The notes below the pieces were generated by a model. The model was not told the origin of the DNA and ran no database searches. It saw only the letters and a program-made list of their open reading frames with translations. A program made the position numbers and the translations under genes. Source: Dehalococcoidia bacterium (GTDB taxonomy: Bacteria > Chloroflexota > Dehalococcoidia > UBA2979). Taken from it: a DNA stretch of 54,083 nt. Positions 1 through 10,702 of the stretch are shown here, piece by piece. The DNA lies in NCBI GenBank assembly GCA_009692705.1, contig SHYR01000005.1, forward strand, positions 1 through 54,083, given 5' to 3'. Positions within the stretch are counted from its first letter, which is position 1, and each line of letters opens with the position of its first letter.

Positions 1-58
1 GTAGCTAGCTGCGGGCAGCCGGACAGCGCCGGCGCTGCTTCCCCCGCGCCGACAACGG

Positions 59-67
59 TGCTATCGT
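59..67 (+). promoter_or_regulatory. Candidate extended -10 promoter (TGcTATCGT) for the RRM gene
   Basis: TGn-TAnnnT pattern ~140 nt upstream of the GTG at 207, followed by a structured leader. Confidence 0.4.
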
Positions 68-206
68 CGCGGCGCGACGCCGGCGTCGCCTCAGAAGCGC
101 CTCGAGGCCGTCACAGGAGCGACCCGCGGAATCTGAGTCACCGAGCGGCCCGGCCCCCACGGGCCGGTGGTGGTGCTGACAACAGTCAGCTGGAAGTGTT
201 GGCCCC

Positions 207-488
207 GTGACTCAGAGGATTTACGTTGGGAACCTGCCCTACAGCGCAACCGAGGACGAGATCCGGCGGTTGTTCGAGGCCCACGGCGAGGTGGTGTCCT
301 GCGCCATCCCGACCGACCGCGAGACCGGGCGCCCGCGCGGCTTCGGCTTCGTCGAGATGTCCAACGAGGACGCGGCGAATGCGATCGCCGCGCTCGACGG
401 CAAGGACTTCGACGGCCGCACGCTGCGCGTGAACGAGGCGCGCCCGCGCGAGGACTCACGCCAGGGCGACGGCGGATTCCGGCGCTAG
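207..488 (+). CDS. RRM (RNA recognition motif) RNA-binding protein
   Basis: RNP2 IYVGNL and RNP1 RGFGFVEM motifs, LRVNEARPRE, Gly/Arg tail; GTG start. Confidence 0.95.
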   Translation: MTQRIYVGNLPYSATEDEIRRLFEAHGEVVSCAIPTDRETGRPRGFGFVEMSNEDAANAIAALDGKDFDGRTLRVNEARPREDSRQGDGGFRR

Positions 489-512
489 CGCAGCATCCCG
501 GCACACATGGCG

Positions 513-551
513 GCATGAAAGGGGCCCGGCGTCGCCGGGCCTCTTTCATGC
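513..551. terminator. Long inverted repeat, probable intrinsic terminator
   Basis: GCATGAAAGGGGCCCGGC-gtc-GCCGGGCCTCTTTCATGC directly after the RRM stop. Confidence 0.8.
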
Positions 552-625
552 TGGGCTCGGCGCAGCCGTTCCCCCAACCTGCCCGCCGCGCGCCTAGAAT
601 CCCGCTGCAGGGGGGGAGGTGCGTC

Positions 626-1105
626 ATGCCCGTCGTCGGCTTCGATCACGCCGCGATCCCGATCGAGCGCCCGGAGGAGATGATCGCATTCTACAAGCGC
701 CTCGGCTTCGCGATCGTCGGCGAGCAGGAATGGCGCGACGGCAAGCGCGGGGGGTTCGCCATCCAGTTCGGCGAGTCCAAGATCAACGCCCATCCCCCTG
801 CGGTCTGGTCGAACCCGAGCTTCACGCTGCGTGGGCCGACGGCGCTCCCGGGCTGCGGCGATTTCTGCTTTGTCTGGGCCGGCGGCCTGGAGGCGCTCCA
901 GCACACGCTCGCCGCCGCCGGGGCGGTGATCGAGCAGGGGCCGGTGCCGCGCGAGGGCGGGCGCGGCGGCGGGCACGCGCGCGGCACGAGCATCTACACG
1001 CGCGACCCCGACCGCAACCTGCTCGAGTTCATCGTGTACGACCAGGCGTACAGCGGCCGCGACGCCCTCTCGAGGGCTGCCCTTGTTCCCGGCGCAGCGC
1101 TGTAG
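626..1105 (+). CDS. VOC/glyoxalase family protein
   Basis: FDHAAI...FYKRLGF N-terminal and SIYTRDPDRNLLEF C-terminal VOC motifs; GGAGG RBS before ATG 626; TAGAAT -10 at 595-600. Confidence 0.88.
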   Translation: MPVVGFDHAAIPIERPEEMIAFYKRLGFAIVGEQEWRDGKRGGFAIQFGESKINAHPPAVWSNPSFTLRGPTALPGCGDFCFVWAGGLEALQHTLAAAGAVIEQGPVPREGGRGGGHARGTSIYTRDPDRNLLEFIVYDQAYSGRDALSRAALVPGAAL

Positions 1106-1120
1106 TTGAATCGGCTCCAT

Positions 1121-1196
1121 GCCGAGGTAGCTCAGTCGGTAGAGCACGCGACTGAAAATCGCGGTGTCGCCAGTTCGATTCTGGCCCTCGGCACCA
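1121..1196 (+). tRNA. tRNA-Phe (anticodon GAA)
   Basis: GCCGAGG/CCTCGGC acceptor stem, D-arm AGCTCAGTCGGTAGAGC, anticodon arm CGCGA-CTGAAAA-TCGCG, TTCGATT T-loop, encoded CCA. Confidence 0.97.
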
Positions 1197-1273
1197 GTTG
1201 TTTCTCCCCGTAGCAGGGCTCGGCCGATCTTGGCCCCCGCCGCCGCCCACGGCGGCACGCAAAGGACAGACGC

Positions 1274-2149
1274 ATGGCGCTGATCGCGGTCGCCGGCAGC
1301 GAGGCAGGAGCGGGCGCCACGACGGTGGCGGTGGGGCTGGCGCACCGCCTGGCCTACGCCGGGCGCAGCGTGCGCCTGGCGCGCCTCGCCGGTGACGCCG
1401 GCGCGGCGGCCGACGCACGCGCGTTCGCCGCGCTGGAGTTCGCTACCGCATCCGGCCAGCCGGTCGCCGCCGCCTCGCTCGGCGCGGGCGGTGGCGACAG
1501 CGACACGACCGACACGACCGACACGACCGACACGATCGTCGAGCTGCCGGCGGGCACGGACGCGCCGGCGCTCGCGCGACAGCTGGGCGCGACGCTCGTG
1601 ACCGTGAGCCGCACGGCCGCGGGTGCGGGCGGGGCGATCGCGATCCTGAACCACGCCGCCCGCGGCGGCGCACTGGCGATCCCAGAGGACCGCGTGCTGG
1701 CCGCGCCGACGGTGGGCGCGCTGATCGCGGCGAGCCGCGCGCGCGTGCTCGCACGCTCCGCCGCGGGCGACGGCGAGCTCTGCGAGCACATCGTGATCGG
1801 GCCGATCTCGGAGGACGCCGACACCCCGCATTTCCGCCGCTTCCCGCGCAAGGCGGTGGTGACGCGCGCGGAGAAGGTCGACATCGCGCTCGCGGCGCTG
1901 CTGACGGACACGCGCTGCCTGATCCTGACCGGCGGTGCCGACCCCAGTCCGTACTTGCTCGACCGCGTCGCCTCCGACCGCACGACCACGCTGCTGCTGG
2001 CCCCCGGCGGCACCGTGGAGACCGTGCACGACATCGAGGGCAGCTTCGGGCGCTTGCCGTTCGCCGGCGAGGAGAAGGCGGAGCGCATCGGCGCGCTGAT
2101 GGCCGCCGCGCTGGACGACGCCGCGCTCGGGCGCTTGCTCGGCGCCTAG
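1274..2149 (+). CDS. DRTGG-domain protein (BioD-like / phosphotransacetylase N-terminal-like)
   Basis: KAVVTRAEKVDIALAALLTDTRCLILTGG DRTGG-like segment; degenerate N-terminal P-loop; AAGGA RBS. Confidence 0.75.
   Translation: MALIAVAGSEAGAGATTVAVGLAHRLAYAGRSVRLARLAGDAGAAADARAFAALEFATASGQPVAAASLGAGGGDSDTTDTTDTTDTIVELPAGTDAPALARQLGATLVTVSRTAAGAGGAIAILNHAARGGALAIPEDRVLAAPTVGALIAASRARVLARSAAGDGELCEHIVIGPISEDADTPHFRRFPRKAVVTRAEKVDIALAALLTDTRCLILTGGADPSPYLLDRVASDRTTTLLLAPGGTVETVHDIEGSFGRLPFAGEEKAERIGALMAAALDDAALGRLLGA
1501..1536 (+). repeat. 9-bp tandem repeat (CGACACGAC x3 + CGACACGAT), in frame, encoding DTT repeats
   Basis: Read directly from the sequence. Confidence 0.9.
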
Positions 2150-2242
2150 CGGCCGCCCGGCGCACCACCGCTCCCGGGCGCTCCAGTACATGCGCCCAGC
2201 GCGCACGTACGCCCCGCCGCGGTCCTGGGCTATCCTGAGCGC

Positions 2243-3397
2243 GTGGACCTCAGCTCCGGGTTCCGCATCGGCCGCGTGCGCGGGATCGACATCCGCATGC
2301 ACTGGTCGTGGCTGCTGATCTTCGCGTTGCTGTCGTGGTCGCTCTCCCAGTCGCTGTTCGTGGGCGGCTCGTTCGACCGCTGGCCGGCCGGCGTGCGCTG
2401 GGGGGCGGGTGTGGGCACGGCGCTGTTGTTCTTCGGCTCGGTGCTGCTGCACGAGCTTTCGCACGCCTTTGTGGCGCAGCGCTACGGGATGCAGGTGCCC
2501 TCGATCACGCTCTTCGTGTTCGGCGGGGTCTCGACCCTCGCGCAGGAGATGAGCACGGCGGGGCAGGAGTTCCGGGTCGCGATCGCCGGGCCGCTGACCT
2601 CCTGGGCGCTGTCGCTGACGTTCGGCGCGCTGTGGCTGCTCACGCGCTCGCACGACCTCTCCGAGATCTTCGTCTACCTCGCGGCGATCAACGCCGCGCT
2701 GGGCGCCTTCAACCTGCTGCCGGGCTTCCCGCTCGACGGCGGCCGCGTCTTCCGCTCGATCGTGTGGGCGCGCAGCAAGGATCTGCTGGGCGCGACGCGC
2801 ACCGCGTCGCGGCTGGGCGTTGCGATCGCCTACGCGATGATCGCGCTCGGCCTGCTGAACGTGCTGCTGTTCGGACTGCTGGGCGGGCTGTGGTACGTGC
2901 TGATCGGGCTCTTCCTGAAGTCGGCCTCCGAGGGCTCGTACGGCTCCATGCTGGTGGAAAGCGCGCTCAAGAACGTCAGCGCGCGCGCCGCGATGCGGCC
3001 GTCCCCGGAGCCGGTCGCGGCGGCGCTGTCGCTGGAGCGCTTCGTCGACGAGCGGCTGCTGACGACCGGCCAGCGTGCCTTTCTCGTAGAGCGCGCCGGC
3101 GCGGTGGTCGGCATCATCACCGCCAGCGACGTCGTGAAGCTGCCGCGCGAGCAGTGGCGCGCGACCGCGGTGGAGGCCGCGATGGTGCCCTCCGAGCGCG
3201 TGCTGACCGTGGGGCCGGAGACCAGCGTGGTGGAGGCGCTGCGCATGATGCAGCAGCACGACGTGCACCAGTTGCCGGTGATCGAAAATGGCCTTGTGAT
3301 CGGGCTGCTCACCCGTGGCGACGTGATGCAGCAGATCGAGCTGCGCACGGTCTTCGGCGAGCACGAGCGCCGTCGCGGTCGGGAGCGGCGCGGCTAA
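2243..3397 (+). CDS. Site-2 protease (M50 family) with C-terminal CBS pair
   Basis: HELSH zinc motif, NLLPGFPLDGG motif, transmembrane segments, two CBS domains; TATCCT -10 six nt before GTG. Confidence 0.93.
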   Translation: MDLSSGFRIGRVRGIDIRMHWSWLLIFALLSWSLSQSLFVGGSFDRWPAGVRWGAGVGTALLFFGSVLLHELSHAFVAQRYGMQVPSITLFVFGGVSTLAQEMSTAGQEFRVAIAGPLTSWALSLTFGALWLLTRSHDLSEIFVYLAAINAALGAFNLLPGFPLDGGRVFRSIVWARSKDLLGATRTASRLGVAIAYAMIALGLLNVLLFGLLGGLWYVLIGLFLKSASEGSYGSMLVESALKNVSARAAMRPSPEPVAAALSLERFVDERLLTTGQRAFLVERAGAVVGIITASDVVKLPREQWRATAVEAAMVPSERVLTVGPETSVVEALRMMQQHDVHQLPVIENGLVIGLLTRGDVMQQIELRTVFGEHERRRGRERRG

Positions 3398-5676
3398 CCG
3401 GCGCCGGCTTCGTCCTCCGGCGGCTCGTGGTCATCCGGCACCGCCGCGCGCGTAGGCTCGGGCCGGCGCTCCGCCTTGAGCGGCGCGAAGGACAGCAGCA
3501 GCTTCCTTACGCCTGCCGCCTCGAAGGCTACCGTCACCTGCTGGTCGCCCGGCACAAGCGTGCAAGACACCACCACGCCGCGGCCGAACTGCGCGTGCTC
3601 CACGCGCTCCCCGGCCGCGAACGCGGGTTCGGACGGCACGTCGCGCACCTGCCGCCCCGCGATCGCGGCGCGGCGCTCGCGGGCGCTCAGCGGCACGGCC
3701 CCCGCCGTGGCGGCGCCCGTGCCGGAGGCGGTAAGCTCGGCGGACGGCACGTCGCGCAGGAAGCGCGAGCGGATGCTGCGCCGCTGCATGCCCTGGTAGA
3801 AGCGGCTGCCGGCGTGCAGCAGGTAGAGCCGCTCCTTCGCGCGCGTCATACCCACGTAAGCGATGCGGCGCTCCTCCTCCAGCTGCTGCGGATCATCGAG
3901 CGAGCGCACATGCGGCAGCAGGCCCTCCTCGAGCCCCGGCATGAAGACGACGGGGAACTCCAGCCCCTTCGCCGCGTGCAGCGTCGTGAGCGTGACGGCG
4001 TTCGGGGTGGCGACGGCGGGGTCGTCCACATCGGCCACCAGCGCGACCTCCTCGAGGAATGACGCGAGGGAGCGGCTGCCTTCAAGGTCCTGGTACTGGC
4101 GCGCGACCTCGAGCAGTTCCTCCACGTTCTCCCAGCGGGTCGTGGCGTGCGCCTCGTCGCTGTCCTGGAGGTACTGGCGGTATCCGACGTCGCGCAGGAT
4201 CTCGTCCAGCAGGTCGGCGACGCTGAAGCGCTCGCGCCGCTCGCGCAGGGAGTCGACCAGGCGCACGAAGCCGTCGAGGGCGAGGCGGCTGTCGGCGCGC
4301 AGGGCGGGCAGGGCGGGCAAGGCAGCGTCACCGCGCGCGAGCTTCGCCGCTACCGCCAGCGGCGCGAGGCCCGTCTCGGCGGCGACGGCGAGCACGTGCT
4401 CCAGCGTGCGGTCACCGATGCCGCGCGGCGGCACGTTCACGATGCGCTGGAAGGCCACGCTGTCCATCTCGTTCTGCACCAGCCGCAGGTACGCCAGCAG
4501 GTCGCGCACCTCGCGCCGGTCGTAGAAGCGCGTGCCGCCGACGAGGCGGTAGGGGATGCCGAGATAGAGGAACGCCTCCTCCAGCGCGCGCGACTGCGCG
4601 TTGGTGCGGTACATCACCGCGCAGTCGGCCGGCGCACGGCCGCCCCGCGTCAGCCGCTGCACCTCGGAGGCGATGTACATCGCCTCCTCCTCGCCGGAGC
4701 GCGCCGAGTGCTCGACCACGCGTTCGCCGTCGGCGTTGGCGGTCCAGAGCTGCTTCTCGGGGCGGCCCTCGGCGCGGCGGATCACAGCGTCGGCCACCCT
4801 CAGGATGCGGGCGCTGGAGCGGTAGTTCTGCTCCAGCAGCACGACCTCCGTGCCGGGGAAATCGCTCCGGAAGTGGGCAAGGTTGCGCACGTCGGCGGCG
4901 CGCCACGAGTAGATCGACTGGTCCGGGTCGCCCACCGCGGTGATGTTGCCGTGCTTCGACGTCAGCGCCCGCGCCAGCTCGTACTGCACCACGTTGGTGT
5001 CCTGGAACTCGTCGATCAGCAGGTGCAGGTACCGCTCCGCGTAGCGGTCGCACACCGCCGGCGCGCGCTGGAACAGCTCAAGCGTGCGACCGAGCAGGTC
5101 GTCGAAGTCGACCGCCGCGCTCTCCGTCAGCGCGTGGTCGTACTGCTCGAAGACGCGCGCGACCACCTCCTCGAAGTAGGAGCCGACCGCACCCGCGTAG
5201 CCCGCGGCGTCCAGGCGGTGGTTCTTCGCCGCCGAGATCGCCGACAGCACGGCGCCGGGCGCGAAGCGCTTCGAGTCGACGTGCAGCTCCTTCTCGATCC
5301 GCCGCACCAGCGAGAGCTGGTCGTCGCGGTCGTAAATCACGAAGCCGGACGGGATGCCGATCTGCTGGCCGTCGCGTCGCAGCATGCGGGCGCAAATGCC
5401 GTGGAAGGTGCCGAGCGTGATCGCACGGGCATCCTCCTCGAGCAGGCGCTCCACGCGCTCGCGCATCTCACGCGCCGCCTTGTTGGTGAACGTCACCGCG
5501 AGGATGCGCCACGGCGGGACCGCGAGCGTGCGCACGAGGTAGGCGATGCGGTGCGCGATCACGCGCGTCTTGCCCGAGCCCGGGCCGGCGAGGATCAGCA
5601 GCGGCCCGCCTCGAACCGTCACCGCATGGCGCTGGGCGGGGTTGAGGGCGTCGAGCGCATCCTGGGTCGCGGTCAT
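3394..5676 (-). CDS. pcrA: ATP-dependent DNA helicase PcrA/UvrD
   Basis: AGPGSGKT, TFTNKAA, DEFQD, VGDPDQSIYSWR, TLHAAKGLEF, YVGMTRA, C-terminal HAQFGRG Tudor-like domain; start taken at ATG 5676. Confidence 0.95.
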   Translation of the reverse strand: MTATQDALDALNPAQRHAVTVRGGPLLILAGPGSGKTRVIAHRIAYLVRTLAVPPWRILAVTFTNKAAREMRERVERLLEEDARAITLGTFHGICARMLRRDGQQIGIPSGFVIYDRDDQLSLVRRIEKELHVDSKRFAPGAVLSAISAAKNHRLDAAGYAGAVGSYFEEVVARVFEQYDHALTESAAVDFDDLLGRTLELFQRAPAVCDRYAERYLHLLIDEFQDTNVVQYELARALTSKHGNITAVGDPDQSIYSWRAADVRNLAHFRSDFPGTEVVLLEQNYRSSARILRVADAVIRRAEGRPEKQLWTANADGERVVEHSARSGEEEAMYIASEVQRLTRGGRAPADCAVMYRTNAQSRALEEAFLYLGIPYRLVGGTRFYDRREVRDLLAYLRLVQNEMDSVAFQRIVNVPPRGIGDRTLEHVLAVAAETGLAPLAVAAKLARGDAALPALPALRADSRLALDGFVRLVDSLRERRERFSVADLLDEILRDVGYRQYLQDSDEAHATTRWENVEELLEVARQYQDLEGSRSLASFLEEVALVADVDDPAVATPNAVTLTTLHAAKGLEFPVVFMPGLEEGLLPHVRSLDDPQQLEEERRIAYVGMTRAKERLYLLHAGSRFYQGMQRRSIRSRFLRDVPSAELTASGTGAATAGAVPLSARERRAAIAGRQVRDVPSEPAFAAGERVEHAQFGRGVVVSCTLVPGDQQVTVAFEAAGVRKLLLSFAPLKAERRPEPTRAAVPDDHEPPEDEAGAG

Positions 5677-5823
5677 GGGCCTCGCAGTTCCTGCTCTGAT
5701 TGTAGCCGCCGGGGCGGTGCGTTCAGCAGGCCACCGCTCCACACGACCGTCCACGGTGCACGTGGTAGGCTGTCGGCGCGCGCAGCCCTACCCCCGCTCC
5801 CCCAGCAAGGAGGACAACCCCTG

Positions 5824-6414
5824 GTGGACTTCCTGATCGGGTTGCCGAGCGGCCTTGAGGGGTTGCTGGGGCTGCTCGCCGCGCTGGTCGCCTCCTACCT
5901 GCTGCTGGCGTGGGTCACCAGCGTGCTCTGGACTTTCCGCGACGCGCGTGCGCGCACACCGCACGTAGCCGCGCAGGCGATCGGCGTGGCGCTGGTCGCG
6001 CTGATCCCGCTGCTCGGCATCACGCTCTACCTGATCCTCCGCCCCGGCGAGACGCTACAGCAGGCCTACGACCGCGATCTCGAGCAGCAGACGCTGCTCG
6101 CCGAGCTCCAGGCGGTGCCGGCCTGCCCCGGCTGCCAGCGCGCGGTGCGAGACGAGTTCACTGCCTGCCCCTACTGCCGCACCACGCTCAAGGAGCCGTG
6201 CAGCAGCTGCGGACACCAGCTCGCGCAGGCCTGGCGTCACTGTCCGTACTGCGCGACCACGCGCGCGCCCGAACGCGCCGGCGCGCGCCGCGCGTTCGGC
6301 GCGGCGCGCGCGACCCGCCCGCTGACCGACGCATCGGAGCGCGAGCAGGGGGAGGCAGGCGTGCCGGAGGCGGCGCTGCGCGGCAGCGCCAGCCGCGAGC
6401 CACCGCCGCAGTAA
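5824..6414 (+). CDS. Membrane-anchored double zinc-ribbon protein
   Basis: N-terminal TM helices ending YLILRP, then four CxxC pairs (CPGC, CPYC, CSSC, CPYC); AAGGAGG RBS before GTG 5824. Confidence 0.82.
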   Translation: MDFLIGLPSGLEGLLGLLAALVASYLLLAWVTSVLWTFRDARARTPHVAAQAIGVALVALIPLLGITLYLILRPGETLQQAYDRDLEQQTLLAELQAVPACPGCQRAVRDEFTACPYCRTTLKEPCSSCGHQLAQAWRHCPYCATTRAPERAGARRAFGAARATRPLTDASEREQGEAGVPEAALRGSASREPPPQ

Positions 6415-6441
6415 TAGCCGGGAGCACACGGGCATCACGCG

Positions 6442-6465
6442 ACGGCCGCCCTGACGGGCGGCCGT
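6442..6465. terminator. GC-rich hairpin between convergent genes
   Basis: ACGGCCGCCC-tgac-GGGCGGCCGT; no clear U-tract. Confidence 0.5.
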
Positions 6466-6505
6466 GTGGCGCTCGCGTCTGTGCCGTGCCCGCCGAGGGC
6501 GGGAC

Positions 6506-7096
6506 CTACTTCAGCTTCTGCTCCAGCAGCTCGCGGATCTCAGTCAGGGTCGCGTGGCGCCACTCGCCGGCGAGCTGGTTGGTCTCCTCGCGGTACTGGA
6601 GCATCAGCGCGTCGCGCTCGGGGCCCTCGGCCGGGGCGCCGTTGGGCATCACGCGCTTGCGCACCGCCGCCATCTGCTCGGTGGCGAGCTTCGGGCGCTC
6701 GATCCAGGGGCCGAGGCAGCGGTGGTTGCGGTCGTAGAAGACGAACACGGGGATGGACTCGAACTGCCCCTGGTTCAGGAACTCCGCCATCACGTCCTTG
6801 TTCTGGTCGCGGAAGAGGATGCGCATCTCCATGCCCGTGGCCTCGGCGATCTTCGCGATCACGGGCAGCCCGCGCCAGACGTCCGGGCACCAATGCTCGC
6901 CGATCACCAGCACCTTCACGCCGTGCTGCTTGACCAACGCCTTCACCGCCGCGATGTCGGCGGCCTGCGGCACGTATTCGTCGTAGTGCTTCTGGAACTC
7001 CGCCTTGCGCTCTAGGATCGCGTCCAGCCACGCCGGGTAGCTGTCGAGGCCTGAGGCGAAGCGCCCCGGGGTGACGACTGATGTTTCGCTCGCCAT
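6506..7096 (-). CDS. Thioredoxin-fold protein (monothiol WCPDV)
   Basis: EHWCPDV and SIPVFVF cis-Pro motifs; AAGGAG RBS; TACACT -10 at 7157-7162 on minus strand. Confidence 0.85.
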   Translation of the reverse strand: MASETSVVTPGRFASGLDSYPAWLDAILERKAEFQKHYDEYVPQAADIAAVKALVKQHGVKVLVIGEHWCPDVWRGLPVIAKIAEATGMEMRILFRDQNKDVMAEFLNQGQFESIPVFVFYDRNHRCLGPWIERPKLATEQMAAVRKRVMPNGAPAEGPERDALMLQYREETNQLAGEWRHATLTEIRELLEQKLK

Positions 7097-7295
7097 GACT
7101 GCTCCTTGTGATCCGGCGATTCGCCGGGAACCTGCTCCGCGGGGATTCAGGGAGCGAGTGTACCACGGGTGCCGTAGGCGCTGGATTTCTTACTGCACGG
7201 CTGCATGGCGCCATAGCGCCACGGCGCGCGGCGCGCCAGAGCGCGCCACACGACGGCTGCGCGCGCCCCGCTGGCGGCGGCGGTACCATCGCCGC

Positions 7296-8033
7296 GTGCC
7301 ATTCGCTCGCCGGGCCGCCGCCGCGCTCTTCGTGGTCGCCGTCCCGCTCTTCCTGCTGCTCAGCAACGTGCGCGTGGCCGCGCTGGAGCCGCGCGTCTCC
7401 GAGTACTCCTTCGCCCGCTTCGACGCCCCCGCTCGCACCGGCATCGACCGCGCGCAGCTCGATCGCGCCGCCCGCGAGATCGCGCGCTACTTCACAGACG
7501 AGGAGCCACTGCTGGCGACGCAGGTGACCGTCGCCGGGCGCGAGGAGCCGCTGTTCAACGCCCGCGAGTTGCTGCACATGAGCGACGTGAAGGACCTCTT
7601 CCAGCTCACGTTTCGCCTGCACGAGATCGCCTTCGTCTACATCGCCGGCTACGTCGCGGCGGTGTTCCTGTGGAGCCGCGAGCGCTCGCTGCGCCAGCTC
7701 GCGCGGCAGTGCGTGATCACGGGCGCCGTGACCGCGGGCGTGATGGCGGCTGCGGCGGCGGCGATGCTGGCCGGCTTCGACGAGCTGTTCACGCGCTTCC
7801 ACACGCTCTCGTTCGCCAATGACTTCTGGCAGCTCGACCCGAACACCGATCACCTGGTGCAGATGTTCCCGCAGAGCTTCTGGTTCGAAGTCTCGCTGGC
7901 GATCGGGGCGCTGACGGTGCTAGAGGGCGGGCTGGTCGCGCTCGCCGGCTGGAATTACCTGCGATGGCTCAGGCGGCCGCGCCCGCCGCGGCGCCCCGCC
8001 GTCGCCGCCGGGCAGCCCGCCGAGACGGCGTGA
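7296..8033 (+). CDS. Integral membrane protein, TIGR01906/DUF1461-like
   Basis: ELLHMSDVKDLF and FHTLSFANDFWQLDPNTDHLVQMFP family signatures; TACCAT six nt before GTG. Confidence 0.85.
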   Translation: MPFARRAAAALFVVAVPLFLLLSNVRVAALEPRVSEYSFARFDAPARTGIDRAQLDRAAREIARYFTDEEPLLATQVTVAGREEPLFNARELLHMSDVKDLFQLTFRLHEIAFVYIAGYVAAVFLWSRERSLRQLARQCVITGAVTAGVMAAAAAAMLAGFDELFTRFHTLSFANDFWQLDPNTDHLVQMFPQSFWFEVSLAIGALTVLEGGLVALAGWNYLRWLRRPRPPRRPAVAAGQPAETA

Positions 8034-8815
8034 CCGCGCCCGCCACCGGCGGGGGCCGCACCGTCCGCGCCAACGGTGTCGACAGCTACTACGAGGCGCA
8101 CGGGGCGGGCGCGCCGCTGCTGCTGCTGCACGGCGGCCTCGAGACGATCGAGAGCTTCGCGGCGCTCGTGCCCGCGCTGGCGGAGCGCTGCCGGGTGCTG
8201 CTCCCGGAGCGCCGCGGCCACGGCCGCACGCCGGACGGCGACGGCCCGCTCAGCTACGAGCTGATGGCGGCGGACACGATCGCCTTCGCGGAGGCGCTGG
8301 GCATCGCCTCCGCGCACCTAGCCGGGTACAGCGACGGCGCGAACGTCGCGATGCTGATCGCAATCGCGCGCCCGCAGCTGGTACGGCGGCTGGTGCTGAT
8401 CAGCGGCAACTTCGACGCCAGCGGCATGACCGACGCGTTCCAGGCGCAGCTCGCGGACGCGACCGCGGAGCGCTACGCCCCGGCGCTGGCGGCCGCCTAC
8501 GCCCGCCTCTCGCCCGACGGGGCGGGGCACTTCGCGGTGATGTTCGAGAAGCTGCGCCGCCTCTGGCTGGAGCAGCCACACATCGCACCGGTCGAGCTGG
8601 CACGCATCACGGCGCCCACGCTCGTGCTCTGCGGCGACCGTGACCTCGTGCGGCTGGAGCACACGCTGGAGCTCTTCCGCGCGATCCCGGGGGCGCGGCT
8701 CGCGGTGGTGCCGGGCAGCTCGCACGGCGTGATCGAGGACCAGCCCGCGCTGGTGACCAGGCTGCTGCTCAACTTCCTCGACGCCGGGCCGGTGGCCCCG
8801 GCACGCGCCGGCTAG
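8030..8815 (+). CDS. Alpha/beta hydrolase
   Basis: LLLHGG, GHGRT, GYSDG nucleophile elbow, GDRD, SSHG; GTGA overlap with the upstream stop. Confidence 0.92.
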   Translation: MTAPATGGGRTVRANGVDSYYEAHGAGAPLLLLHGGLETIESFAALVPALAERCRVLLPERRGHGRTPDGDGPLSYELMAADTIAFAEALGIASAHLAGYSDGANVAMLIAIARPQLVRRLVLISGNFDASGMTDAFQAQLADATAERYAPALAAAYARLSPDGAGHFAVMFEKLRRLWLEQPHIAPVELARITAPTLVLCGDRDLVRLEHTLELFRAIPGARLAVVPGSSHGVIEDQPALVTRLLLNFLDAGPVAPARAG

Positions 8816-9027
8816 AAGTCGTCGCCACCACCGCCGAGGTCCTGCGGCGAGAGGTCATCCCTCATCAGGTCGGGCGGGGCGCCGCGCACCAGGGCGAAGG
8901 CGGAGAGCTTGCGCGGGGCGCTCGCGCCGCAGCGCGGGCACTTGGCGGTGCTCTGGCGGCGCGTGAGGCGCATCATGCACTCGAACTTCCGGCCGCACTT
9001 CTTGCATTGGAACTCATAAATCGGCAC
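8812..9027 (-). CDS. FmdB-family zinc-ribbon regulatory protein
   Basis: MPIYEFQCKKCG...CPRCG; GGAGG RBS before GTG 9027. Confidence 0.85.
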   Translation of the reverse strand: MPIYEFQCKKCGRKFECMMRLTRRQSTAKCPRCGASAPRKLSAFALVRGAPPDLMRDDLSPQDLGGGGDDF

Positions 9028-9152
9028 GGTCACTCCTCCGGCGCAGCGTGGCCCTGACGGCCAAGCCGCATGGTCCCGGGGTCCAGTTGCTCCCGGGCCA
9101 GCTGATTCTAACGCAGCTTCTAGCGCAGCGCCGCCGCCGCGCCAGTGCAGCC

Positions 9153-9172
9153 CCGGCCCGTGCCCGGGCCGG
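9153..9172 (-). terminator. Hairpin immediately downstream of rpoD
   Basis: CCGGCCCG-tgcc-CGGGCCGG; lacks a U-tract. Confidence 0.4.
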
Positions 9173-9181
9173 CTTCCCCGG

Positions 9182-10698
<1,517 letters not shown>

Positions 10699-10702
<4 letters not shown>

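Noticed and set aside
1121-1273. tRNA-Phe as an integration site for a mobile element
   Set aside because: I found no duplicated tRNA 3' end, no adjacent integrase and no compositional shift.
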